Shown here piece by piece: positions 47,622 through 57,766 of a DNA stretch of 64,000 nt. The notes beneath the pieces are model-generated. The model did no database searches. It saw only the letters and a list, made by a program, of their open reading frames with translations, and was not told the DNA's origin. Each line of letters starts with the position of its first letter. Position 1 is the stretch's first letter. Source of the DNA: a virus (lineage: Duplodnaviria; Caudoviricetes); IMG/VR virus record IMGVR_UViG_2595698868_000001, positions 1-64,000 of that record, one strand, 5' to 3'. Position numbers and translations under genes: made by a program.

Positions 47622-48317
47622 ATGGCAATCTCGATCAACGAAATCGTCGACGCCCTCCAGAAGAAGATTCTGAGCGGCAAGACCAAGACCGGCAAGTCGA
47701 CCGACAAGTTCCCCTCGAACGAGTCGATCTCCTCGCCGCTCGTGGTCTTCCCGGACAACATCTGGAAGGACGCTGCTTCGGTGCCGGCCTCGCCGCCGGC
47801 GTCGACGAATTCGTTGGTCACGGTCTATGCGGGCGCCTCGCGTATCCGGATGACGGCCGACCCCACCTCGGCTCCAAACGAGACGTGGCTGGCGACGTCG
47901 ACCTACAACAATCCGGCCACGCGCCTGACGGACTTCTTGGACACGAACTTCGGCACTGGCTACGCCGTTCGCGTCTTCATCGGCGACCCCAACGGGGGAC
48001 CCGCCGCGCGTATTTTCCCCGACACGACCGGGGAAGAATGGACCTTCGATTACGTGGCGGGCGTGCTGAACTTCCCGACCGCCGTACCGGGATCGAAGAC
48101 TGCAACCGTGGGTTCCGGGACCGTCAGCGTGGCGGGCAACGGCATCTACATCGAGGTCTACCGCTACACGGGCGAAAAGGGCGTGGGTGGCGGTGGCGTT
48201 CAACCTGGGGACCTGGGGACCATGGCCACTCAGGACTCCGATGCGGTCGCGATCACCGGGGGTGACATCGCCAACGTAACCTTCTCCAACGTCACCATCG
48301 ACGGTGGCACTTTCTAA
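47622..48317 (+). CDS. Putative virion structural protein
   Basis: Paralogue of the 45308 N-domain; LGTMATQD...VAITGG.I and IDGGTF fibre motifs. Confidence 0.85.
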   Translation: MAISINEIVDALQKKILSGKTKTGKSTDKFPSNESISSPLVVFPDNIWKDAASVPASPPASTNSLVTVYAGASRIRMTADPTSAPNETWLATSTYNNPATRLTDFLDTNFGTGYAVRVFIGDPNGGPAARIFPDTTGEEWTFDYVAGVLNFPTAVPGSKTATVGSGTVSVAGNGIYIEVYRYTGEKGVGGGGVQPGDLGTMATQDSDAVAITGGDIANVTFSNVTIDGGTF

Positions 48318-48329
48318 AGGGCAAAGCCG

Positions 48330-48752
48330 ATGGCTTCTATCGTCTACAACTCCATGCTCGACGATCTCGTCAAGGGCAACATCAACTTCGGGTCCGACTC
48401 GTTCAAGGTCATGCTGGTCACCAGCACCTATACCGCGAACAAGGACACGCACATGAAGCGGTCCGACGTCACGGCTGGCGAAGTCACGGGCACCGGCTAC
48501 ACCGCCGGCGGCCAAGCCACGACCGTGACCTGCACCAAGGACACTTCGTTCGACCGTGAAGACCTCACGTTCTCGACCGTGACCTGGACGTCCGCGACGA
48601 TCACCGCCAATGCGGCGGTCATCTACAAGTCGCGTAACGGCGCGGCTTCGGCTGACGAACTCGTGGCCTACGTCGACTTCGGTCAGAACGTCTCGTCCAC
48701 GAACGCTAACTTCGCGGTCAGCTTCTCCAGCCCGCTGCGCTTCCAGAACTAA
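48330..48752 (+). CDS. Putative virion structural protein (filament/fibre subunit candidate)
   Basis: D.FKVMLVTSTY, EV.GTGYTAGG, AVIYK motifs; strong codon bias. Confidence 0.75.
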   Translation: MASIVYNSMLDDLVKGNINFGSDSFKVMLVTSTYTANKDTHMKRSDVTAGEVTGTGYTAGGQATTVTCTKDTSFDREDLTFSTVTWTSATITANAAVIYKSRNGAASADELVAYVDFGQNVSSTNANFAVSFSSPLRFQN

Positions 48753-48757
48753 TCGAG

Positions 48758-48786
48758 GAGTCACGTTTCCTTGTGAAACGTGACTC
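48758..48786. promoter_or_regulatory. Palindrome GAGTCACGTTTC-N5-GAAACGTGACTC
   Basis: Seen directly, upstream of the 2750-aa gene. Confidence 0.8.
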
Positions 48787-48839
48787 TTTCGTTTACTATG
48801 CCGGCTTTCCCACAACGCTGATCGAAGCGCCCCTGACTC

Positions 48840-51800
48840 GTGGCTAATCTCGACCTGAATACGCCTGTCTCCGTCGCCTACTCGGGCGGCGTGGAAACGT
48901 ATGTCGCGACGTCCGCCGGTCAGGTTACCGTCCACATGTGGGGTGGTGCGGGCGCCGGCGGCTACTACTCGGGTGGATCGGGTAATACGGACCGGCGCGG
49001 TGGGGCCGGTGGCTATGCAACCGTTCGTTTCTTCGTCAAGCCCGGCGATATCCTGTCGACCGAAGTGGGACAGGGCGGTCAAGTCGCTACTGGCTCGGGT
49101 GCGACCGTCACCTCGGGTGGTAATGGTGGCTGGCCTGATGGTGGGTTCGGCGGCAAGTCATCGTCAAATACCGGCATCGGGTTCGGCGGCGGCGGCGGCT
49201 CAACCCGCCTCTACAAGAACGGTGAACTCGTTGCGGTCGCCGGCGGCGGCGGCGGTGCGACCGGCTTCTACTATGGGGGCAACGGCGGCGGCGTGTCCGG
49301 TTGGGCGTCTACTGACGCCTCTTCGGGTGGCGGCGGCACGCAAACGGCTGGCGGGGCTACCGGCACGGGCGTAACCGGCATGGCCGGTTCTTATTTCCAG
49401 GGTGGTTTGGGCGCGGCTGTACAAGCCACGGCGGCGCCAACGGCGGGGGCCGGCGGCGGCGGAGGCTATTACGGTGGTGGTTCGAACGGCGGAGCCTCGG
49501 GCGCGCACGGCTCCGGCGGTGGAGGCTCGGGCTACATCAACTCGAATGGTCAATATAATGGGGCGTTGAAGGCCGGTCAGAACAACACCGGTATTCCCTA
49601 TGATGTTTCGGGGGTTCGCGGATCGGGTATTGCGGAGGGCGGTACTGGCCCCACGGCGGCAAATAGCTGGAATCTGATCACGCCCGGTGGCAACGGCCAA
49701 CTCTACATGACGTTGGCTGATCCGTCTGCGACGGCGACCACGTTCCCGACCTCGGGCACGACCACGCTCAGCTACACCGGATCGCGCCTCGTCTACGTCG
49801 CCACGCAGTTGATGTCGGTTGACTTCGAGATGTGGGGCGGAGGTGGCTCCGGCGGCTTCTACACGTCTGGCGGCAATTCCGGCGTGAAGGGTGGCGCAGG
49901 TGGCTACACCAAGCTGACGCGTATCTTCTATCCCGGCGACATCGTCGAGATCGAGGTTGCCCAGGGTGGGCAGGCTCCCACCTCTCCTGGCGGCCTGAAC
50001 ATCGGTGGCGTGGGCGGTTGGCCCAATGGGGGCGATGGTGGACGTCCAACGACCACTACCAACAACATGGGCGGCGGTGGCGGCTCGTCCAACATTTTCG
50101 TCAACGGCCGGCTTCTGGCCGTGGCTGCGGGCGGCGGCGGCTCGACGGGCTTCTATAACGGCGGCAATGGCGGCGGACGCTATGGCCTAGCCGATGCTGC
50201 GACCACCAACAGTGGCAACGGCGGCACCTGGGCGCTTGTCGGTACGGGCTTGAACCGAGCCTACCTCCTGCTGGGCGGGCATGGTTCGCCCAACGAAACG
50301 CGTGACGTCGCGATCTCTACGGCTGGCGCAGGCGGTGGCGGTGGTTATTGGGGCGGTGGCGGCGCGCGCGGTGGGGCGAATACCCATGGCGCGGGCGGCG
50401 GCGGCTGCGGCTATCACAGCGGCGACAACACCTACAACCGCGACATGCAGATCGGCGTGGCGCAATCGGGTAATCCGTATTCCACGGCGGCCCGTCCGGC
50501 TGGCGTAGGCCAAGGCGGCGTCAGTGGCACGACGGCCGGCACGACGACGAATGGCGGCGACGGCGCGATCGTTTTTACCGTCACGCCCATCACGCCCACT
50601 ACCCTTCCGACCGACAAGACGGCGCTGAGTTTCACGGGCGCGCCTGTCCACTACATCGCTGACAGCTACGGCGCCATGAGCGTCAAGGCGTGGGCCGCAG
50701 GCGGCGGCGGCGGCACGAAGGCGACGGGTACCGCGCCTCGCGGCGGCGGCGGCGGTTTCGCCCAAATCCCTACGGTCAAGATCAAGCCGGGCGACATCAT
50801 CACGTGTGTGGTCGGCGAAGGTGGTCGTGGCCAGCCCTCTGGCACCCTAGGTGGGCGAGGCGGATACCCCAATGGCGAAGGCGGTAATGCCGCTGATGCG
50901 ACCGGCGGCAGCGGCGGCGGTGGCGGCTCCTCGCACGTCTATCTGAATGGCGAACTCATTTTGGTGGCCGGCGGTGGTGGCGGCGGCTCGATCTCGTTCG
51001 GCGGCGCCTCCGGGGGCCAGCCGTCCTATGCGCCCAGCAGCAACAGCTTCGAAACCCATGGCTCCAGCCTCAACTTGGCAGGCTGGGCGCCTCAACGCGC
51101 GTTGGAAGGTAACAACCGTGCGACCTTCATGCTGGGAGGTATGGGTCAGATCGATGGCAATCTGACCATCGATACGCCCAACAGCCTGTGCGGCGGCGGC
51201 GGCGGCGGCGGTTATTACGGCGGGGCTGGCTCTGTCCCGCTCAACTCGCGCTTCTACGGCGGCGGCGCTGGAACGACCTACATTCATCCGTCTTACGTGG
51301 GTTCGGCGATCGTCGCCACGGTCAGCGGTTCGAACACGACTGACGCCGATTGGGTGTCCGGCATCAGCGTCGCCGGTCAAGGCTCGAACACGGTCGGCAG
51401 TTCTACGCTGATCGGCGGCAACGGTCGCATCGTTATCGACTTCGACATTCCCGCGACTCTGAATGAGAGCGCGACGACGGCTGTTCCGGTCCAGAGCAAC
51501 GTGCAGACCTACATGGTCGGCAGCGATGGCGATCTGGTTCTGAACGCCTGGGGCGGCGGCGGTGGCGGCTCGACTGTGCCTTCGGGCGGCGGCGGTGAGC
51601 GCGGTGGCGGCGGAGGCTACGCGGCCGGCACTGTGACCGTCAAGAAGGGCCAGATCATCAAGTTCTACAATGGTCGTGGCGGCGGCGGGGCGACCTATAC
51701 GAGTGGTACGGCGACCGCTATGGTCGGCTCGGGTGGCCTCGGCGGCTGGCCCGACGGTGGTAACGGCGGTCTGAATACCTCCTGCATCAGCGGCGGCGGT

Positions 51801-54800
51801 GGCGGCTCGTCGCGCATCTACATCGACGATGTCCTTATGTTTGTCGCCGGCGCCGGCGGCGGTGTGGGCGCGGGGTCGACGACCACTACTCCGGGGGGCG
51901 GCGGTGGTACGACGGGCGGCAACTCGGACGCGCCTTCCGGTCAAAATAATGGCGGTCTGCAATACATCGGGGGTCGTAACTCTAACCGCACGACGGATAC
52001 GACCTCGGCCGGCGGCCTTTTCAAGGGTGGACACGGATACATCACCGGGGGCTCCATTACGGTCAGTGCCACTACGTCTGGCGCCGGCGGTGGTGGTGGC
52101 CTCTTCGGTGGTTCGGGGTCGGGCGGCTCATCGAGCTACATTGGGGGTGCCGGCGGCTCGGGCTTCATCGCAGACGGTTACGGCGTCACGCCGGCCGATC
52201 CGTATCGACCTTATGTCGGGCTCCAGTGGAGTTTCGAATCGGGCTCGTTTATCGATGACGGGCGCACGACCGAAGTCACCTTGCTCGACACCGCGCCCAC
52301 GTTGACGACGACGGGGCCGAAGTACGGCACCGCGTGCGCAAACATCAATAACGGTCACGTGACCGCCAATATCCCGGTGATCGGCACCCAGGACTTTACC
52401 CTGGAGGGTTGGTTTAATCCGACGACGCTGGCGACCGGGGTCATGATGATCATCGGCAACAACAGCATCAACGGGCTGTCGTTGCACTATTATCCCTCGG
52501 CGACGGTCCTGGCCCTGCGCTACAACAACACGGCCGGCGACGGTTCGGCTGACTATAAGTACACCGACACGAATCGCGCTGCCGGTGTGTGGGCGCACTA
52601 TGCCGTCACCCGTGACGCCAACGGGACGCGCGTCTACAAGGACGGTAAGCTCGTCACTAATGTGACCGGCGTCGCGGTCACCAACATCACCGCCACGACC
52701 CTGACCCTCGGCAACTACAATGCCGGCACGGGCGCTTCTACGCGATTCACTGGCAAGATCGATGAAGTTCGTTTGACGGTTGGCGTTTCCCGCTACAAGC
52801 AGAACTTCAACCCTCAGCCGTTCCAGAACAAGTTCTCTCAAATCCCTGCGGTGACTACGCTCACGCAAGGCTCGAACGGCGCGACGGGCCAGCCCGCAGG
52901 TACCGCCGTGTCTGGTTATCTGTCTGGACGAGGCGTCGGCGCTCAAACCACCCAATCCTTGGCCAGTGGCGTCAACGGCGGCGACGGGCAGATCAACTAC
53001 TTCCTTCAGACCTCGACTGTGGCGGCGACGGGGTCGATCGGCACGATTACGATGTCGGCGCCGGATGCTGTGGCAGGTGCCTTTTACCCGCTGACCGCGC
53101 CCGGCACCAAGATCGTTGAGAACTACTCGGGGCAGCGCGTCAACTATCAGGCGACCGCAGCCGGGACCACGCGCGTACTCGTCGAGATGTGGGGCGCAGG
53201 CGGCGGCGGCGTTTCCAGCAACAACACGAACGGTGGTGGCGGAGGTGGTTATACCTCCTACGAGGTCGACCTTAATCAAGGCGACATCATCAGCGTCCAG
53301 GCTGCTTCGGGCGGTCAGGGCGGCAATTCCGCCAACACCGTCGCGGCCATCAATGCGGGAGGTTACCCCGATGGCGGGGCCGGCTGGGCTCCTGCGTTCA
53401 CCGCTTTCAATGGCGGCGCCGGTGGCGGCTCTCGCCTTTACGTGCGCGCTGTCCTCGCGGCCGTCGCGGGCGGCGGCGGTGGCGGCGCCTATGGTTCGGT
53501 CGGCTATCAGTATTTTGGCGGCCCTGGCGGCGGGACCTCTGGTGGCAATAGCGACGCCACGGGCGGGGGTACGCAGACCGCTGGTGGCGGTAGCTCGGGT
53601 AACGGGCTTCCGGGCAGCTTCCTTCAGGGCGGCGCGGGCGGCACTACGCAGCGTATCGCCGGCAATGGCCCTGGCGGCGGTGGTGGCTACTATGGTGGTG
53701 GCGCGGGCGGCGCCAACACGGGCGGCGGCGGCGGCTCCGGCTACGTCAACACGGCTATTGCCGGATTCCGCGCAGGCTCGACGCAGGCTGGTTCCGGCTT
53801 CCAGGCCGCTGGGCAATCGTCTCCGAATTACGTAGCGGGTATTGGTCGTGGCACGACCGGCCAAGGCCCGCAAATCGGTGGCAACGGCCTTATCGTCATC
53901 ACGAATATCACGCCGACGCCGGCGGCGACGTCTGGCGACCTCGGACCGGACATCACCACCACGCCGATTACGTCGTTTGGTCTCCAGATCGGCCTGCCGG
54001 TCTCCAAGCCGAATGCGACGGTGACGATCGAGCCTCCGGTTGGCTATTACGGCTTCCCCGGCTTCCCGACGATGCAGCCGTTTGATCATGCGATCAATCT
54101 GCTGCCGGTCGAATCCAACCCGACCAGCAACGCGCTGGTCATCGTGCCGATCAACGACAGCCAGTCGATCCATCTGTCGCCGCCCTTGAACGCACCTCTG
54201 GTGGTTCCGGCGGAAGGTACGGGCGAATTGCCTACGGTGACGGTGACCGCGCCGGATGGCTCGGTGCCCAACAGTGCGACCGGCGACCTGGGCACGGCGA
54301 TCACGCTGACGCCGGTCGAGGCGACCACCGACGTTGTCCCGCCGGTCGAGACCTCGGGCGATGTCGGCACGATCACGATCGAACCGCTTCTGGGCGACGG
54401 ATCGATCAACTACAACGGATATGCGGGCGGCAACGTCGGTACTGTCACGCTGACGCCGCCTAATGGGTCGGCCGATCCCGGCAGCCCCCACGTCATCGAA
54501 GACATGCCGCCGGCTATCGTGGTCTCGCCGCCTGCGGCCTCGCTGACGATTCCGGCGACGACGTCTGGCGGCCTGGGGCCGGCGGTCGTATTGACTCCGG
54601 CGGAAGCCTTCACGGGCATCGAGGGCAACCCGCTGGCCGTCTTGCCCGAAATTCAGGTGGTCGGTCCCCTCGTGTCGGTCAACACGAGCACGGGTGACGA
54701 TGTCCAGGTCTTCGCTGATCCTGGTCAGATTTTCGTTCGTCCTCCGCTTGGAGATGGCCTCGAAATCACGGAGGCCAACTATGTCGACGGCTTGTCGTCG

Positions 54801-57092
54801 CCGCTGGTTCTGACGTTCAGCGCACCGGAAGGCTCTGCACGCGGCGATGTCCAGGGCAGCGATTTCCTGCCGACCATTTGGACGTCGGCAGTGGATTCGT
54901 TTGTCCAGGTAGAAGGCACGGTAGTCGGCTACACGGGCGACTTCATCATTCTGACGTCGCCGCCGCTGCCGGTCTACGACTCAGCCGCCAATCTGTCGGT
55001 CGCGATGCCGTCGGCGATCGTCATCAACGGCGCTGATGGCGATCCGTCCTTCGATATCACGCTGCCGTTGCCCGGCCCGATCTCGCTGACCAGCCTGGAG
55101 GGTGTGGCTCAGGGCGGCTACGGCGCGCAACTGCCACCTCCGATCCTGATCACGCCTCCGGAACCGGCGATCTTCGGCAACGCATCCGGCTCGCCCGGCA
55201 CTGTCCAGGTCACCCCGCCGGTCTCGTTTGTTGAGACGCCCGCATTCGCTTCGGGCGGCTTGCCGACCGTGACGCTGTCTCCTCCTTTGGGCAATGCCCT
55301 GGGCGGTGTGGCTGCGGGCACCTCTGGTAGTCTGCCGACGATCGCGATCGTCGCGCCCGAAGGTGGGAACGTCGCTGAAGCTGCCGTCAATGCCAACCTG
55401 ACGACCGTCTTCCTGAATGCTCCGGTTCCGCTGCCGCAGGCTAGCGTGGCGATCTCCGGCCCGAGCAACACGATCAACGTCTTGACGCCGGCGGGTTCGG
55501 CGCGCGTCTCTACGTCTACGTCTGGCGATGTTGGCGTTATTACGATCGTCACGCCTGAGGGCATCGGCTACCTCTATGAAGAGGGCTTTGCGTCAGGTTC
55601 GGTGGGCACTGTTACCGTGACGCCGCCGGCGCCAGCCGTTACGGCTGCGGCCAATAAGTCTGCGGCCCTGCCGACTGTCGTGGTCACGCCGCCTGATGCG
55701 TTGCCGATCGTTCCTGGCGAACCTGTCGTGAGCATCGGCACGGTGGTTGTGACCCCGCCCGAGGGCATGGGCTTCCCGGACACTGTCACGGGTACCGGCG
55801 ACATCGGTACGGTCGTTCTGACTTCGCCGGCCGGTACGGGCATGGTGCCCGCCCTGGTCACGGGTCCCATGGCGGCGGCGATTGCCGTCTCGCCGCCGGC
55901 TATCACGCGTGTGAACGTTTCGGGCGACATCGGCTTGATCACGGTCACGCCGCCTTCGCCGGCGCAAGTCTCGGGCGAAGTCAATCTGTCGCGTCCGATC
56001 AATCTGACGATCAGCCTGACGGCGCCAGACGGCCTGGGCTACCCGGTCATTCCCGGCGACGCGTCGGGCGGCCTGGGACCGGCAATCACGATCACCGCCA
56101 GCGACGGTACGGCGCAGGGCGAGTACAACATGATCGTCCCGCTGTCGACGATCCCGGTTAGTGCGCCCGAAGCACTGGCTCAAGGCGATGCACTGGCTGT
56201 GCAGCAGGGCGAATTGCCTGTCGTGATCAGTCCGCCGGCGGGCGAATACTATCGTGAAGCCTCGGTCATCCTGGGGTTGCCTACGATCTACATCTTCGCG
56301 CCTAACGCGACGGTTGATGCCGATGACAAGACTGCGGCGGTGACGCCGGAACTGCCTGTCATCTACATCGAGGGCGTGGACGGGTACGCCGAGGTGCCGG
56401 TCGTGGATGGCACGGCGCGCATTCAGTTCCTCCGCTCGATGACTCCCGGCGCTGTCCCCGCGTCGCTGGAAGCGCGTGAAATCGCGTTCAATGAAATCGA
56501 CGGCATCATGTACTCCCGCGACGGCTCTGGCGTTCTGCGCCCGACGCCGTGGGGTACGCTGCGCCGCGAAAGCATCCCGGCCTCCATCGGGACGGTCGGT
56601 CAAACCTATCGCGCCGATGGATCGTGGGCAGCGCCGCAGCCGGTTTACGACGCCTTTGTTCAGGGTGTGCCGGCTTCGGGTGTTCGCGTCGCGTTGGGCG
56701 AAACCTTCGTGGGCCAATCGACGCGCACGCCGACTTCGGGAACGCCTTACTACAGCCCGTTCTTCGTGCCTCGCACCGTGTCCATTTCCAGTTTGGCAGT
56801 CGACATCCAGTCGGCCGACATGGGCGTCGCTCAGGTCGCGATCTGGACTATGGATACGGACCGAGTCCTGGGTCAAGCCTTGGTCTCGGCAACCGTCCCG
56901 ACCACCGCCTCGGGTGTGCAGTCGGCAGCGTCGACGTCGGTTGTGTTGCAGCCGGGCTGGTATGCTGCCTCCTTGACCTACCTTGGCCTGGGCGCACCTG
57001 TTTTCCGCGTCATGGAAGGCCCCGCCCAGATCGCTACCGATTTCACGACCCAACAGGGAACGCCGGCCTACGTGCTGGCGAACCTCCAATGA
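48840..57092 (+). CDS. Giant Gly-rich protein with ConA/LamG lectin-like domain (head filament or fibre candidate)
   Basis: Five WG(G/A)GG-initiated Gly-rich repeats; LamG motif DFTLEGW...WAHYAVTR...Y.DG...G.IDEVR; Pro/Thr/Val stalk repeats. Confidence 0.85.
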   Translation: MANLDLNTPVSVAYSGGVETYVATSAGQVTVHMWGGAGAGGYYSGGSGNTDRRGGAGGYATVRFFVKPGDILSTEVGQGGQVATGSGATVTSGGNGGWPDGGFGGKSSSNTGIGFGGGGGSTRLYKNGELVAVAGGGGGATGFYYGGNGGGVSGWASTDASSGGGGTQTAGGATGTGVTGMAGSYFQGGLGAAVQATAAPTAGAGGGGGYYGGGSNGGASGAHGSGGGGSGYINSNGQYNGALKAGQNNTGIPYDVSGVRGSGIAEGGTGPTAANSWNLITPGGNGQLYMTLADPSATATTFPTSGTTTLSYTGSRLVYVATQLMSVDFEMWGGGGSGGFYTSGGNSGVKGGAGGYTKLTRIFYPGDIVEIEVAQGGQAPTSPGGLNIGGVGGWPNGGDGGRPTTTTNNMGGGGGSSNIFVNGRLLAVAAGGGGSTGFYNGGNGGGRYGLADAATTNSGNGGTWALVGTGLNRAYLLLGGHGSPNETRDVAISTAGAGGGGGYWGGGGARGGANTHGAGGGGCGYHSGDNTYNRDMQIGVAQSGNPYSTAARPAGVGQGGVSGTTAGTTTNGGDGAIVFTVTPITPTTLPTDKTALSFTGAPVHYIADSYGAMSVKAWAAGGGGGTKATGTAPRGGGGGFAQIPTVKIKPGDIITCVVGEGGRGQPSGTLGGRGGYPNGEGGNAADATGGSGGGGGSSHVYLNGELILVAGGGGGGSISFGGASGGQPSYAPSSNSFETHGSSLNLAGWAPQRALEGNNRATFMLGGMGQIDGNLTIDTPNSLCGGGGGGGYYGGAGSVPLNSRFYGGGAGTTYIHPSYVGSAIVATVSGSNTTDADWVSGISVAGQGSNTVGSSTLIGGNGRIVIDFDIPATLNESATTAVPVQSNVQTYMVGSDGDLVLNAWGGGGGGSTVPSGGGGERGGGGGYAAGTVTVKKGQIIKFYNGRGGGGATYTSGTATAMVGSGGLGGWPDGGNGGLNTSCISGGGGGSSRIYIDDVLMFVAGAGGGVGAGSTTTTPGGGGGTTGGNSDAPSGQNNGGLQYIGGRNSNRTTDTTSAGGLFKGGHGYITGGSITVSATTSGAGGGGGLFGGSGSGGSSSYIGGAGGSGFIADGYGVTPADPYRPYVGLQWSFESGSFIDDGRTTEVTLLDTAPTLTTTGPKYGTACANINNGHVTANIPVIGTQDFTLEGWFNPTTLATGVMMIIGNNSINGLSLHYYPSATVLALRYNNTAGDGSADYKYTDTNRAAGVWAHYAVTRDANGTRVYKDGKLVTNVTGVAVTNITATTLTLGNYNAGTGASTRFTGKIDEVRLTVGVSRYKQNFNPQPFQNKFSQIPAVTTLTQGSNGATGQPAGTAVSGYLSGRGVGAQTTQSLASGVNGGDGQINYFLQTSTVAATGSIGTITMSAPDAVAGAFYPLTAPGTKIVENYSGQRVNYQATAAGTTRVLVEMWGAGGGGVSSNNTNGGGGGGYTSYEVDLNQGDIISVQAASGGQGGNSANTVAAINAGGYPDGGAGWAPAFTAFNGGAGGGSRLYVRAVLAAVAGGGGGGAYGSVGYQYFGGPGGGTSGGNSDATGGGTQTAGGGSSGNGLPGSFLQGGAGGTTQRIAGNGPGGGGGYYGGGAGGANTGGGGGSGYVNTAIAGFRAGSTQAGSGFQAAGQSSPNYVAGIGRGTTGQGPQIGGNGLIVITNITPTPAATSGDLGPDITTTPITSFGLQIGLPVSKPNATVTIEPPVGYYGFPGFPTMQPFDHAINLLPVESNPTSNALVIVPINDSQSIHLSPPLNAPLVVPAEGTGELPTVTVTAPDGSVPNSATGDLGTAITLTPVEATTDVVPPVETSGDVGTITIEPLLGDGSINYNGYAGGNVGTVTLTPPNGSADPGSPHVIEDMPPAIVVSPPAASLTIPATTSGGLGPAVVLTPAEAFTGIEGNPLAVLPEIQVVGPLVSVNTSTGDDVQVFADPGQIFVRPPLGDGLEITEANYVDGLSSPLVLTFSAPEGSARGDVQGSDFLPTIWTSAVDSFVQVEGTVVGYTGDFIILTSPPLPVYDSAANLSVAMPSAIVINGADGDPSFDITLPLPGPISLTSLEGVAQGGYGAQLPPPILITPPEPAIFGNASGSPGTVQVTPPVSFVETPAFASGGLPTVTLSPPLGNALGGVAAGTSGSLPTIAIVAPEGGNVAEAAVNANLTTVFLNAPVPLPQASVAISGPSNTINVLTPAGSARVSTSTSGDVGVITIVTPEGIGYLYEEGFASGSVGTVTVTPPAPAVTAAANKSAALPTVVVTPPDALPIVPGEPVVSIGTVVVTPPEGMGFPDTVTGTGDIGTVVLTSPAGTGMVPALVTGPMAAAIAVSPPAITRVNVSGDIGLITVTPPSPAQVSGEVNLSRPINLTISLTAPDGLGYPVIPGDASGGLGPAITITASDGTAQGEYNMIVPLSTIPVSAPEALAQGDALAVQQGELPVVISPPAGEYYREASVILGLPTIYIFAPNATVDADDKTAAVTPELPVIYIEGVDGYAEVPVVDGTARIQFLRSMTPGAVPASLEAREIAFNEIDGIMYSRDGSGVLRPTPWGTLRRESIPASIGTVGQTYRADGSWAAPQPVYDAFVQGVPASGVRVALGETFVGQSTRTPTSGTPYYSPFFVPRTVSISSLAVDIQSADMGVAQVAIWTMDTDRVLGQALVSATVPTTASGVQSAASTSVVLQPGWYAASLTYLGLGAPVFRVMEGPAQIATDFTTQQGTPAYVLANLQ

Positions 57093-57766
57093 CCGACGTA
57101 ACCACGCCCAACACCATCTTCGCCAAGGCTCTGAAGATTAACGGAGGCGCAGGCGCGCCGACGTCCCTGGAGGATGGCGAACTCTACATCGACGAGGTGG
57201 CGCGCAAGCTCTATGTCAAGACCGCTTCCGGCTTGAATGCAACGCCGCTGGACGTGATGGGCTATCCCTCTACGATCGGGGTCGACGCTGAGTACGTGTT
57301 GGTCAAGTCCGATACGGGTTCGGAATGGCGCGAACTGAGCGCCGGCGGCGGCGGTTTCGAGCCGGACGCCGAGCCTTGGCATATCCCAGGGCTTGCTCCC
57401 GCTTCGATGGGTAGCCTGACGTTTCCGGCCGCGTCGGGCCAGACGAGCCTCATGCGCTTGGGTAAGGCAGGCTTGTTGGTCGGCACGCGCGTACGAGCGA
57501 CGTTCGGGACTGGTTCGCTCACTATGACGATTTATGAGTACGATGGATCGTTGGGCGCCCAGGTCTACACGCACACCTACGCGATCGCCGGGGCCGGCGT
57601 CTACACGTTCGCGCCCAACTTCCCCTTCGATGCCGGCGAATACGCCATCGTCTTCACCTGCCTGTCCTCGATCATTGTGGAGGTGGTCCAAGGCTATACG
57701 GTCTGGAGCGACGCTCTTCAGGCCCATCCTGTTTCGCTTCAGGTGAACTATGTCAATTCAGAATAA
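57089..57766 (+). CDS. Putative fibre-associated protein
   Basis: ATGA overlap; PTSLEDGELYID....KLY motif shared with the C-terminus of the 2750-aa protein. Confidence 0.75.
   Translation: MTDVTTPNTIFAKALKINGGAGAPTSLEDGELYIDEVARKLYVKTASGLNATPLDVMGYPSTIGVDAEYVLVKSDTGSEWRELSAGGGGFEPDAEPWHIPGLAPASMGSLTFPAASGQTSLMRLGKAGLLVGTRVRATFGTGSLTMTIYEYDGSLGAQVYTHTYAIAGAGVYTFAPNFPFDAGEYAIVFTCLSSIIVEVVQGYTVWSDALQAHPVSLQVNYVNSE

Noticed and set aside
45296-57089. Long minus-strand ORFs (841, 495, 787, 498 aa)
   Set aside because: Shadow ORFs produced by high-GC codon bias of the plus-strand genes
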